Of a stretch of 64,000 bases of DNA, positions 51,526-64,000 are shown in pieces. This stretch comes from Calcarisporiella thermophila CBS 279.70 (lineage: Eukaryota; Fungi; Calcarisporiellomycota): assembly GCF_041956535.1 (NCBI RefSeq), contig NW_027192216.1, positions 253,807 to 317,806 of the forward strand, read 5' to 3'. The translations under genes and the position numbers were made by a program. Position 1 is the first letter of the stretch. The number at the start of each line of letters is the position of its first letter. Below the pieces are notes generated by a model. It made no database searches. It worked only from the letters and a program-made list of their open reading frames with translations, and was not told where the DNA came from.

Positions 51526-52560
51526 ATGGGTCCTTTTACAAAAGAAACGACTGAAGATATGCTGACCGAAGGAACAGCAGAAGATGATGTTCCAAACGAT
51601 TATCCCGAGGATCCAGCAGAGGAGAGGTTGATTTCTTCTAGCTATCCTTTCGAAATCGAACAGGATTCTGAGAAAGCTTCTATTCCTTCCTCAATTATCG
51701 TGATCGCATTCATAACCATCTCCATTATCACCTTGATTGTTTTCCTGGTGTTTCGGCATCAAATTATGGGCTTTCTTGAAAATATAGCTATATGGGTTCG
51801 TGGAGCAGGTTTCGGGTATGGGCAAAAAAGATAATAGTAGAATTATGGGCAAAATTATATTTATAAGATTTTAATTTTGATTACCCAGTGGGATGTTGCT
51901 TATCTTTGGCCTCATTTTTTCCGCAACTTTTCCTCCAATGATTGGCTATGGCACTTTTCTGACACTTTCTGGTTTTACTTTTGGGTTCTTCAAAGGATTC
52001 CTAGTAGCCTATACAGCTGCACTCTCTGGAGGAATAATTTGCTTCATCTTATCACGGTGGAAACTAAAAGGATACGTGCGAACTATGATGAGACGCTATG
52101 CAAGCATGGAGGCGGTTCTTCTTGCAGTAGAGAAGAAAGGTTTTAATGTAAATGACTTACAGACTTGATTTTTATTTTCTTATACATTAATAGGTAGCTT
52201 TTGATATAGCTTCTTGTCTTAATACGCATCGCTCCGTATCCATTTGCCATTCTAAATGTGCTATTAAGTGCTACTCAGATTTCACTGTCAACCTTTTCTC
52301 TAGCAACCGCTATTTCACTATTTAAAATTATGTTACATATATGGGTAGGCGCTAACCTCACAACTTTTACGGAGAGTTTATCAGGAGGAGGTCCAGGTGC
52401 ACTTAAAATAATTGTTCTTATATTTGGAGTAATATTTGGCACGAGTCTGATGCTCTACATATGGTTACTTGCAAGACGAGCTGTAATTGAAGTAGCTAAT
52501 GAGCATCAACCAAGTGAAGTTGAGCCTCGATCTTTATTTGATAACGTGATTCCTGTATAA
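51526..52560 (+). CDS. TVP38: DedA/VTT (SNARE-associated) Golgi membrane protein, Tvp38/TMEM64-like
   Basis: Motifs FPPMIGYG, GFTFGFFKGF and LIRIAPYPFAILN. Confidence 0.82.
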
Positions 52561-52874
52561 CATAGATGAAGGTTTATATATTTCTGTATATTCATGGTCT
52601 ATAATGAATTTGTTTATATATTATTTGATTATAACTTTATTGATTTATATAAAGCTTGTATGCACGCAGTTTATTTTAATAGCTAGTATTCACACGATGG
52701 CAAAATATTTCTCTAATTGCTGCTAGCAGGTATGGGAAATAACATTGTTTACAAAGCGTAAAACGGCTTTAAATATACAAGATAGAGCAATTCAGTAATC
52801 GGAGAACAATTCAGCTAATCGCAAGGAATGGTCCTTCAATTATCAAGGGATTAAAATCAAGAATGCACCATTCA

Positions 52875-54824
52875 TCAGCTCAATCCACCATTACTGCAAC
52901 TTCCGTTGTTGCTTAAATTCAATTCGTCTATAACTCGACTAATAACACGATCGCGATAGGTTCTATCTACCTGAGACCGAAGAATGATGTCTCGAAGCTC
53001 ACGAACATAGTCATCCACGTTATTTGGATCAAAAGCACCAGCTGTTGGTAATCGTAAATTAAGGTGTGCCAAGATAACTGAAAAATGTGAACGAAGTGTG
53101 CGAAGTCGAGTAGTAGCCCGTTGTTGCTCTTGTCGTATCATCTCCATTTCAGTGCGTTTCTGTTCGCGTTCTGTTTGCATACTATTTCTCAATCGGGATG
53201 CCTCTCGTTCTTTTTCTAATAGCTGCCGTTGCAATTCATTCAATTGGAGTAAGAGTGAATTAGTCTCATGCAAGCTAGACTTTGATGTAATCTCATTCTG
53301 GTTTTCTACTGCATCTTCCTTATGGTGCGTAAATTTACTGGGCATGATGGATTCTCGTGCACTGCCATTTGTTATTGTGAGATTAGAAGCCTCGTCGGAA
53401 TTTGTAATCTAACAAAATAAAAATTTAATGTTATTGTTACAAGACAAATAATCTAATGCTTTTACCTGATTCAAGTGATTGCGCTGACTTGCGCTGGTAT
53501 CTTCTCGTTCTCTATCTTGCGAAGCAACAGAGGCATTTGAAGCGTTGGAGGCAGTGGAGGATAAAGAGGCTCGAGCAATTTCATTCCGCTGCTGCTGTTT
53601 TTTATTGCGCATTTCCGCAAACTTGTTCATTGCAGTGGAACGAGGTGATAGCAGATCCTTCTTTGGTTTTCTGCCTTTTGACTCTTCGTCGGAGGAACGA
53701 TTGATGCTTCGCTTTCGTCTATTTTTCATATCCACGTCTTCAGTTGAACTTTCGTTTTCACTGGATTCGGATTGGGATTCCTCAGAATCACTCTGTTCAT
53801 TCAACATAAAACTAATGGATTTCGGCACTATCCGCCTCCGCTTCGATACAGAACTTGATACCGATTCGGATTGTCGCTTTAATTCTACTTTATGTTGTGC
53901 GCATCTAACTCTCGAATTTTCTGGTTTAGGGTATATTGGATGTATCAGACTTGTTTTAATTGCACACGAAACATGGAACCATCTTTTTGTTGAAAAGTGA
54001 GTTGAAATATTAAATTAGTCATAGATTAAAAGCTGTTACCTTTGGCACCTAGATTGGCCAAGTGGTGAATGATCGCACTGGATACAAAATCCGTAGCGCT
54101 TTTTGCAAATATAACAATCCTATGAATTATAATAAGCCCAATTAAGCTTAAGAAAGTAAACTCAATCGTCACAAATACTGACTTTTCCATCATATCCACC
54201 AGAAGCACGAGGATTGTAATCCCAGGGCTCTTTTGATGTAATAATTCCATCACACCAGGCAGCACAAACTATATGAATATAGCGATTTGCAACGGCTGAG
54301 CGTTTAACAGCACCATCATTATTTGGACAACAGAGCATACGCTAATGTATAATCGATTACTACAACAAGTTCAAAAAATATAAAATACTTATACTACCGT
54401 TTGATTGGGTACTATGTTATCTTCACAACGCTGGCAGAACCAGCTTCCCTCGGGAACAACATCGATATCGTAACACCCTAACCAGTAAAAAATTCATAAG
54501 TCTGATATACTTCTCATAAAATGACTAAATGCACATACTTTTATGAACAGGTATATCGCAGTCTAAAGAAATATATTGATATATATTGTAGCGTGAATAT
54601 ATTTATTTCAATATATTTATAGTATTAGCTACCTTTGCCATCGCAAAAAACTATAGGGTTTTTCCTTGAAGAAGTTGGTCCACGGCATACTGCGCAAGCT
54701 TTCTACTTAGGAAAAATCGTGTTTCCAAATATAGTAATATATTCAGAATCGTATAATACCCACTATTTTTGGGACAAAGGTATCAAGTATTAACAGCATA
54801 GATAATTCATACCTCGTCATCCAT
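52875..54824 (-). CDS. PHD-zinc knuckle-PHD (PZP) protein, AF10/AF17-like, with C-terminal coiled coil; multi-exon
   Basis: Spliced product CAVCRG...NPIVFCDGK|DCDIPVHK|..CYDIDVVPEGSWFCQRC, CPNNDGAVKR, HIVCAAW, WFHVSCA. Confidence 0.8.
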
Positions 54825-55272
54825 AGACAATAAGTTAAATTTTGATTTTAATGCGATTCAACCAGTTAAGAAGAAGTGTGTGAACTGGAAGCAAAATATT
54901 CTATAGAGTGTTGATATAAGTAAGCACTGTGTTCTGAATCTCAATTATTACGAATTAGTGTAAGATGAGATGAGGGCAGAAAAAATATAAAGAAATCGGA
55001 GAGAGGCGGATGGAGGACTCTTTTTATACTGAAATTGAACATCATCTAAGCCACCAATTTTTAAATACATGAGAAAATCCGTAAGAGCAATAGGAAGATT
55101 GTATTAAATGAAACATAAGTGGTTTGAACATATAGAATTAAGACGAATATTCATAATTACATATACAAGAACTCGTTTTCCATAATAAAGCTGGTATTTT
55201 GAAAGAATTTGACTAATTTATTGAAGATTTTGACTTGAAAGCCTAAATGCAAGTAGTAATAAATAATATACA

Positions 55273-58200
55273 TCATTCATAAGCTTCCAATACTGAGAGT
55301 ATATCCACTTCTTTGCATCCTAAATTTAAAAGTCTTGGAGAGACAAATAAAAATAAAATGTATTAATTGCTTGCAGAGTAAAAGCATATTGTGGGCCTAC
55401 CCTAGATAACCAGCGCTAGATTCTCGAACTAAATACACAAAAAGGACGAGACTATGAAACAAATTATCGCTTCGCTATTTCAAAACAAATGGATGTTACT
55501 GAGATTGAAGTATTTTTTTATCTACTATAAACTTACAGAATATGCGTCCCATATAGCATTTTCAAATACCACGTAGAAATGTGGAGGTGTTTTAGTAAGC
55601 TGTTTAATCTGAATTGTTCTGCTAGGATCTGTGTTTAAGTATGAATATTAAATTGTATATTGAGAGAAAACGGAAAATTTATCTAATACCTGGTTTTCCC
55701 TCAACAGGCACAAAATACTTGGCTGTAAAAGGATAGCTACCAAATATAGAGTCACCTTCACCAGGTGTCGCCAGATCCATAAAGGAGCAAAAGAGATGCA
55801 TTAAAAGCTAATAAGATAATAGCAATAAACCAATATTAGCATATATTTTCGGTTTAAAAATAAACAACTCACATGTGCATCTGTAGGCTGATCTGGTGTC
55901 CATTTTTTATTATCTCCCCAAGTTACCGCACCACCATCCCATCGATAGGCAGCAAGAACCCCGCCCAAGCTTAATGCTGATTTCATTTATATTTCTTTCA
56001 GTTAATATAATGATAGAACTATAAAACAATCAGGTATTCACTTTTAATTCTCTCAATTATATACGCACGATCGCCATATCCACGCATAGTTAGATATTTT
56101 TCTAGTTTAAGTCGTTCTCTTACAACTGGGAGCTATGATGGCAGAGGTTAATAAATCATTAAAGCAAAGTTATGTTGGAAGGTTTACATTTCCAAATCTC
56201 CGAAACAAATCGGTCAATGTTTTGGGTTTTTCGGATTGAGCTGACTGACTTCCAAACCAAGTGGAAGTTGCGTTAGTATTTGCCGAAAACAATGATCCAG
56301 AAGTTACTGGGGTCTCTAATCGTACTGCATCTGCCCCTTCACCTGCTAACGATGCCATTGAGCAGCTCAAATGACCAAGCTCTAGTTTAGCTAATTCCGC
56401 ATCAACTTGATCAATTCTTGAAGCTACGTGCTGCACAATCTTTTCGGACATCCACTAGAAAGAAAATATGTTGAAAACGTTATATCGTGGCGAGACAAAT
56501 TTTATTATTGCTAACCTTTCGCATATTTTCTATCCACATTTCTACAAATGGGTGGATTTTAAGCTTCTCCGCGGCCTAAAAATATTAATCAAGTTATTCT
56601 GTAATGAAATATGCGCATTTACACATACTTGGTCAGGTCGGAAATATGTTTCCCCTCCGGTTATATGTTTCGATTTACTAGTCTCAGGTCTTGACGGCGA
56701 AGCACGTGGTGCAGTTTGATATCGCTGATGATGGGTAGTAGAACGCATATTTAATGGTTTTATAGCCGAGCTAACAGCAGTGGCGGGCGTTGGATTAGCG
56801 ACGGAAGGCAAGGGCCCGCTGGGAAGTGTCGAGACAAGTGATGATGCTAAAAAGAATTAAGGGCAATTAAATAAAAAAAAATTAAAAAAGGACATATTTT
56901 GAGCTATTCTACCAGGAGTATTTTCCTCATCCAACAATCTGTCAAGATCAATTTGATTTCGAATTGAGAGCTCATCCAAAGCTATTGAAAAGTATAAAAA
57001 TGTATCCACGATACAACTCATATATTAAAATTGCCTTACCCCCCCCGGTTACTTGTCTCATTTTATAACTCAAACTTGAAGGTGGTGTTTTCGTAGAAGA
57101 GGATGAGAAGGTGCGAGCCCTGTTGGTACTAGTAGAAAAAGTTACACTATTATAACTATAAATTAAATGAAAGTTTAACTCACATTATTGAACCTCCAAG
57201 CTGTGAGATATTCCATCCAGCTCTAGGGCTAGAGTGTCCCTAAAATTGATCAATTAATTAAAAATTCATAATATTACAACCATAATAAACAAAAGTAGTT
57301 CTAGTTTAAAACATACAGCTATTGCTCTGCTTAGCCCACTAGACATAGAGGTAGTATGCGAAGTTGTTTTTGAAGGAGATGTAGTCGAATTTGGCGAGTA
57401 AAGAATTTTTCGTGGGGTTCGTGGAACAACTTGACAAGGGGCTTTAGGATAGATTAATCGATATAGTGCATCAATGATATTCATAAATAATATCACATAT
57501 ATAATCGACTCTATAGTTTAAGAGAAATGCATTAAGTTATTATAACCATATTTATAAATAATCAATCATAATACCTAGCCATGGCACATATTGTGTGCTA
57601 TTTTTCATTTGACCTTCAAGAAACATTAGGAAATATCTGTTTGGTGAAAATATAAGACATGATAAGAATCGTTAAAATAAAAAACATAATCTATTTTTAC
57701 CGAAAAAGTGAGCTGTGAAAGGAACTCCTTATCATCAAAACTGCCAGGATATTCAAAAATAGCCGTTTGGTATCATGCGATGAGATCATAGGGCTGGGCC
57801 TTTTTACTACGTTGTCGCTCTCTTTCTTTTTAAAAGGCTTATTCATTGATGTTTGGGGCGAGGAATCTAATATTTGGCCGGTCATGAGGGTTGTGCTTGG
57901 AAGACTTGCGGTTTTACCCCCCATTAATGAAGGAGAATTAGGTGAAGCAAAGCTCTCGAAGGGAGAGAGAGAGGCAATTTTTTCTCCTTCTGTACTCGAT
58001 CTCTTCCCTCCCGTTTCTCCATAGCCTTTTCCGAGAGATTCATTCCATGCAAATGGAATTGTTCGCTGATGAGCGGTACGAATTGGTGTTTCAGGAGGTC
58101 CTGATGCACTTGAAGATAAAAAATGTGGCGATTTATGTTGAGGAGCTGTAGTTGCTTGCATTAAGAATGGAGATGCAGCAGGTGCGGTGTTGCTCACATT

Positions 58201-58362
58201 GGATGGAGCTAATCCACCACGTAGTACACTATTTCCTTCAAAAAAACTAGAGTCATGAGAAATTAAACTGCTTCTGTTGGCATCTTCTTCTCGTGACAAT
58301 GGTGTCGGAGTTCCAGGAACATGAGTTAGCGAGCGACGAGCTAAAGGGCTAGATCCAGACAT
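55273..58362 (-). CDS. TMEM209-like nuclear envelope protein, multi-exon
   Basis: S/T/P-rich N-terminus, two TM segments, then YLTMRGYGDRAYIIERIK, YRWDGG, PTDAH, PPHFYVV and LVRESSAGYLG. Confidence 0.7.
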
Positions 58363-58485
58363 CCTAAAAGCGTGAAATGGACCCTCAGGAAATGGAATAA
58401 TGATAAATATATTTATCTATTATTTTCCTAAAACATTATAGTAGCAATAAATGCGCGTTATTATAGATTATTATTGTTGGAATTT

Positions 58486-58506
58486 TGACGTAAGCAAATG
58501 ACGTAT
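58486..58506. promoter_or_regulatory. Paired ATF/CREB-like TGACGT sites in a short bidirectional promoter
   Basis: TGACGTAA and TGACGTAT lie between the divergent TMEM209-like and EI24-like genes. A similar ACGTCA pair lies at ~26753-26783 between SEM1 and MED19. Confidence 0.3.
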
Positions 58507-58645
58507 TTGGGCGTTATAATATTCATAAGTTCTATACTTGGCAAACACTTTGATTTTGCCCATATTTTAACAGTTAACCCTTTGACTATTTATCTTACAA
58601 CTATTACATACACAGTAAAAAAGGACTTATTGACTTGTAAAGCTT

Positions 58646-59528
58646 ATGCTGTCAATTAACTATTATCCTTCTTTTCTGTATCCATTTTTTGGTGTGGCAT
58701 ATTTTGTCTCACACTATAAGACTCTTTCGAGGCCGCTAATGCGGTCAGTTTATCAGAGTATTTTTGTAAGCGTATTTACTCTGATTCCACTATTTGTATT
58801 TGTGTTTCGACCACAGGAACGCTTGCTACACAAGTATATTGAACAGCATATATCTCGGAAAGTTGCAGAATTGCGACTGATAGGGATACAAATTACAACT
58901 TGGATAAGCTTCATTCTCTGCATGGGGGAGAGCGTTGGTATAGGAACACTATTTCTTGGGCAGGTATTCCGTAATGCTCCTGAGCACATATTTGAACTCG
59001 TATTGAATCAAAATGGAATGAACATATCGAAACGACCGTTACCTTACCAAACAAATGCAACAAAAGATCCTTTTGAAATTTCGCATAATCACTTAATGAT
59101 GTCCAAAGCGCTTGTTTCTCATCGGCGACAATCCTTCTACGAACTACTCTCAAACCAGATGATATGGCTGATTACATTACCGATCAATTTTATACCGATA
59201 GTCGGGCAGGCGGCATTCATATACATCAATGGAATGGCAAAGGCGGGATCAATGCATAAAAAATACTTTGACATAAAACAGATGACTGATGAGCAAAGGC
59301 TGAATTTCCTGACTGAACACTACACAGAATATAGAAACTTTGGCATGGTTGCAACCATATTAGAGCTCGTTCCTTTCGTAAACTTTTTTTTCCGTCTCAC
59401 AAATGCCATCGGGTAAGTTGATAAGATAATAATACTTCTGATTTGTAATACTTTAATGAATTAATGAATTTTTATTATAAAGCGCTGCTCTTTGGGCAAG
59501 AGATATTGAAGGCAGTATTTCAAAATAA
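58646..59528 (+). CDS. EI24/CysZ-like membrane protein (Lds1/Rrt8-like), 2 exons
   Basis: Motifs YPFFGVAYF, LPINFIPIVG, YFDIK, Y.NFG and LELVPFVNFFF..TNAIG|AALWA. Confidence 0.75.
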
Positions 59529-60071
59529 CGAGTACAAACAATGTTGCATATTCAGATCGGTGCATATGCATTTAAAAACAGGATTATATTTGTTATAAAG
59601 ATTAGATGTATTTAATATGTAAAAATCATGAGCCGATTGCTATTACAACAACGATCCAATATAAACTAGCTAATTTCATTTCGGGATCTTATTGAACGTA
59701 ATTTGTTTAAATCTCAACATGCTTTATAGATAGAATCAATTGAAATAAATGCCAATATAGCTCTTCCTATGCAATTTTCCAATATTACTTTTATTTATGC
59801 CCATTTTAAACTGATTGCAGCATTTTAATATATCTCCGATTTCTAGATCTCATTCTTAAGTTCGAAAATTTCTAGAATACTGGCGCTATTTTTGAGAAGC
59901 CAAGCCACGAAACCTTATTAATAAACGAATTTTGGATACCTATTGAAAACTTAAATTAGTTTTTTAAGATATTCGGTGTTACTTCGCGAGCCACGATGAT
60001 CTAAGCTACTTAAAGGACCAAAATCTATTTGTTCGCATTGCTAAATCTTTCTACCACAATAATCAAACAAA

Positions 60072-61770
60072 ATGTTAATGAAGAAAATTATACTGGTATC
60101 ACTTATTCAATTGTCCACATTTGCAAACAATGTAGTTGCACAGTTTAAGGGCGGCGTAGGACGCAGTGGATTTGGGCAAACTGTCATCAATAATCAGTGA
60201 GACCCCTAATCCCTTCCATAGTATTGTCACATTAAAGAGCTCTTACGTTATTCTCTTTGATGTCAGGGCCTATATTTTCGGCGGTCTGACCAGCGAGAAT
60301 GGCAATACACAGGCTTCAGCTGACCTTATTATTCTCGACCTACGGAAATCTTTTAATCTTAGTGATATACCTTGGTCGCCAAAGAGTGGACCACAAAAGT
60401 TTCCACCACCAGTTATTGGCAACACTCTTTTCCTCCACAAAGATGAAAAGAATGATCCCTATTTTTCTACATTTGGAGGACAAATTCCATCTACCTATCA
60501 GTATCCTTCCGGAAATTCCTCCAATTCACTCTTCCTGTGCAAACTTTCGGACAATAGCTGGAGTATTGAAAATAGGGAAAATATGCCAAGTAGTCGTGTC
60601 TTCTCCAGCGCTTCACTTGATGAGGGAATGGGCACTGCAATTATATTTGGAGGTGCACCCGCTTCAGTAGATGGCACGATTCCATTGGGCATTAGTGGCC
60701 AAGCATTAAGTGATTTATACCAAGTTAATGTTCAAACGCTGCAATGGCAAAAGCTTTCTATCACTGGCTGTAAGCTCGATAGTCATATAGGCCACACAGG
60801 TAATATAATATGGTGGTTTAGCGCCTCTCCCATTATCTATAGGCCACGTTGCTAATCCTTCTTAATCTAGCGACAAGGCTTAGTAGTGGAGAAATAATTA
60901 TTTTGGGGGGATCTAATGGAACTTCACTCTATAGCATGCGATCAGCTTTTGTAATTGATCCTAGAAATGCATTCTGTGCTATAAAAAATCTCGGTGGAGT
61001 TCAATTTCCTGATGACCGAATTTTCCATGCATCAGACTTGAGTATGTTATATTTAAGGCTTCGGATATACATTAGAGCAATAGATTAACCTCGTTTATTA
61101 AATTCTAGCGAATGATGGTCGCATCATTTTAAGTGGGGGAACTGATGGGCGAGCCAATATATATGGAGATTGGTGGATCCTTGATACAAAATCGTGGAAA
61201 TGGACACAAATCGTCGCCGCTGGCGCACCCGATGTTCCTGCTCCCCGATTCAGACATACGCTAACTGTCAGTGGCAATAACGTACTCTCTTTTTTCGGTG
61301 CACTTAATCTCAATGAGACTCTACTTGATGATCGAATTTATAACTACAATCTTCAAACGGGCCAATTTACGCAGCGTTTTGATCCTCCTGCTTCCAACCA
61401 GTCTCTCAGTGCTGGCGCCATAGCGGGAATTGTAATAGGAAGCTTAGTATTACTTGGTGGTGTTGTACTCGGAGCATTGTACATAACCTTGCGACATCGT
61501 CGCAAAAATAGCGACAAAAAATTCGAGAGTAATATTTTTCAAAGTGAGCCAATAGAACCAGAGTCACATATCGGCACAATTGCTACTCAGTCCAAGGCTG
61601 ATCAGCATTCAAGCTATATGGATCCACGTGTTTCGCATCTATCTGCTTATACATCGTTTACTGATCATCTAAATCCAGATGGTAAACATGAGAGTATTGA
61701 ACGGCCACTAAGTGTTAACACTCTAGTTGGAAGCGAACGTCCTGAATCGATGAAACCAAATGCTTATTAA
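60072..61770 (+). CDS. Signal peptide + kelch/galactose-oxidase repeats + single TM protein, multi-exon
   Basis: Repeated hydrophobic-GG kelch motifs (YIFGG, STFGG, IIFGG, ILGG, ILSGG) and TM segment AGAIAGIVIGSLVLLGGVVLGALYITL. Confidence 0.8.
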
Positions 61771-61949
61771 TTTGGTAACTCCATTCTTAATGTAATCATA
61801 TGATGCCATGTATGAACATATATATATTAATTTTTTCTTGTCATATTTTATCCTACAACCAAATATAATAACTAAACGTAGTCTCAAATTTAAATTTACC
61901 TGAAAACTATTCAATTCACCTTGTAGAAATAATGAAAATTATAAAAATC

Positions 61950-62470
61950 GTGATTTGCTAACACTTGTACACATTCAATGGAGGGTTGAGACGTAATATC
62001 CTTTCTATATGCATTATGCTCCAAAAAAAGCGGATCTTTATATGCCAATTATTTATCAAACCTGTATGTTTGTTTGTTTTCTCGTAAAATAAAATAGGAG
62101 AAAGGTGGTAATATAAAAGTGTAGAATAGGTGATTGTGGTAATCAGGAGTTTAACATAAAAAAAGGAAAAAAAGGAATACACAATAGGGGTAGGAAATAG
62201 AAAGGGAAAGTTACTGCGTCAGTCCAATATTAGCCCCTTCAATCATCACACCCTGTTTGCACCACCTGCATCGAAACAGATCAATCTCTCGCCTTAATCT
62301 TGCACTTATCAATTCAGTTCCTATAGACTCTTCATTAAATTAGGCACAGTTGGTGAGGCACTCGGGTGAAATTCGAGTGTTGAAGTGATAAGCATTGCAA
62401 ACTCGTTGCATTCTACAATACTGAGTAAAAGCAGTTTGGGCCACGGGTCTTACAGTTCTTGGAGTTTTAG
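61950..62470 (-). mobile_element. Possible highly decayed LINE 3' fragment
   Basis: Minus frame ...RREIDLFRCRWCKQGVMIEGANIGLTQ* (stop at 62211) is followed by a pyrimidine-rich tract like the LINE tail at 1800-2100. No convincing TSD or polyA. Confidence 0.3.
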
Positions 62471-62807
62471 GTAGATTTAGAATATTTGCGAAATAGAAAA
62501 AATAAATTTTTAAGGTTTACTGTATAGTTACTGTATTTATAAGAAATATTTGTTAGATACATTGTGCTATGTTAAAAATAATAGAAATACAGCTAATCAA
62601 GTGAATATCACAACTATTCTTTTCTATTTTCTTGTACAAAATTGATATTTTCCATCATAAGTTCTTCGAGTATTACGATGAGTATATTTTTAATGACTAC
62701 AATAATACCTTGAAGTATAAATTTGGTATACAAAGCAAGCAAATCCGTGACTGTTTTAGATTATTGCTATAAAAATATACTCCAAACTTCAATAACAAAA
62801 TAAAATC

Positions 62808-64000
62808 ATGGAACTCACTTTGTTAGATAAGATCCTTACAAACAAAGAGCATTCACCACTTATAGTAGTATCTGATACAGTGGAGCAGAGTGGATGGGAT
62901 GTTCTAAAGGCTTTCTGGAAGCGCGATCTACAAAGTGAACAGTAAGTTTAAGGGTATCATATATATATCTTAAATGCTCTAACTTTTATCCCAATGAAGT
63001 AACCGCTCTCTTGTGTTGGTCTTAAATGAGACATCACCAGATATTATCAACATCAATGAAAAGTAATTTTGTTCGATAAGTCCGTGCTTTTATTTTTTTT
63101 TTTGCAAGCTAAACATCTTGATTGACCAGAGTAACAATTATCGACTGTTTTTCAAATCCTGGCTGGGAGGAAAAAGTAAATGACTCGAGCTCTACCAAAA
63201 TTATTCGGGTAACTGGCATACAGCTTGTGAGTGAGACCGTAGAGTCGTTGGCGAAAGAGGGTAAGTTTGTTGTATTCGAACCGTTTAATTCTATTCTATT
63301 ATTTTTTTTTTGGAAAATATAGCAATTGCATCTGGTCGAAAATTTACTCTCGTTTTTGATTCACTTTCAAACTTTTTTATGATTAATACACGCATGACTT
63401 TGAAAATGCTTAGCAGATTATCACAGTGCGCTTCAGGTATAATTTCCTATACTATATTACTTCAGTTTCGTTCTCTAAATTTAGTACTTTTAGAAACGTG
63501 CCGAATTGTAGCACTATATCACGATGATATTCCTACATCTGATGCTTTTACAAATTCTTCTGCCACGCCCTCTTGTATACCAGAGCTTACTGCTTCGCTT
63601 TCATATTATGCTCCGACAGTTATCCGAGTTATAAGTCTCCGACAAGCACAATTAGAGACAGCTGATATGATTACTAAAGCTACAAGAATGTCACTTGAAA
63701 AGACTAGCCTAGTGGATGTTGCAAGTAATTCTATCGCAGATTTTGTATGTTGTGTTGAACACCGAAAACCATCTGGTAAAGTGTTGAAAGAGGTACGTAT
63801 CATAACCAATGTTTGCATTCTATTTTGTATAAATTAAAATTTTATGTTGTAGATCGTCATGTGTAAGATTGTAGAAGGTCAAGAGTGGATTCACACATCT
63901 CCTTATAATGTTATTAGAGAAGAAAACTTAACTGACGTCAAAGAAAATGTAGGCTATAATTGTGTATCATTCTTTGGATAGTTTACTAATCATTTGCTCG
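62808..64000 (+). CDS. ELP5: Elongator subunit 5 (Iki1), multi-exon; runs off the window end
   Basis: Motifs SPLIVVSDTVEQSG, LVFDSL, IVALYHDDI and VEHRKPSGKV. Confidence 0.72.

Noticed and set aside
62210-62480. U3 snoRNA or RNase MRP-like RNA (TCTATAGGAA, GTGATGA, CTGA on the minus strand)
   Set aside because: Box order and terminal stems do not fit. A decayed LINE 3' end is a somewhat better, though still weak, explanation.

Overview
Intron-rich, gene-dense nuclear DNA from a fungus. The gene content and short AT-rich GT-AG introns suggest an early-diverging lineage such as Mucoromycota or Zoopagomycota (inference). From about 5.7 kb to the end there are about 27 mostly ordinary protein genes. 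They include Opi1-family, SNX4, an EHT1-like hydrolase, PXMP2/Mpv17, DES1, RPL43, SEM1, MED19, DRS2, an NCS-type EF-hand protein, SGF11, NoxA, an Erp38-type PDI, histone H1, PUT1, a double-PHD MYST acetyltransferase, an AF10-like PHD protein, a TMEM209-like protein and ELP5. The unusual part is the first 5.35 kb, a nest of retroelements around Pol III-type sequences. Two intact tRNA-Met(CAT) genes each have a retroelement immediately upstream: an L1/Tx1-type LINE head-to-head within about 35 bp, and a solo LTR with a 4-bp TSD 12 bp upstream. Between them are four degenerate tRNA-like heads that end in a genomically encoded CCA (one TCA) followed by the same GCAC/GTAC junction. Two of these heads share a minisatellite-like body, consistent with a SINE. 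Two further 5'-truncated LINEs with clear TSDs sit upstream of, or inside, these heads. This looks like tRNA/Pol III-targeted retrotransposition plus a tRNA-CCA chimeric SINE family. Other oddities are a ~480-bp foldback element, a -1 frameshift in histone H1 at A-AAA-AAG, and a secreted (PPVTVTx)n repeat protein. Exon boundaries were read by eye and no database searches were run.
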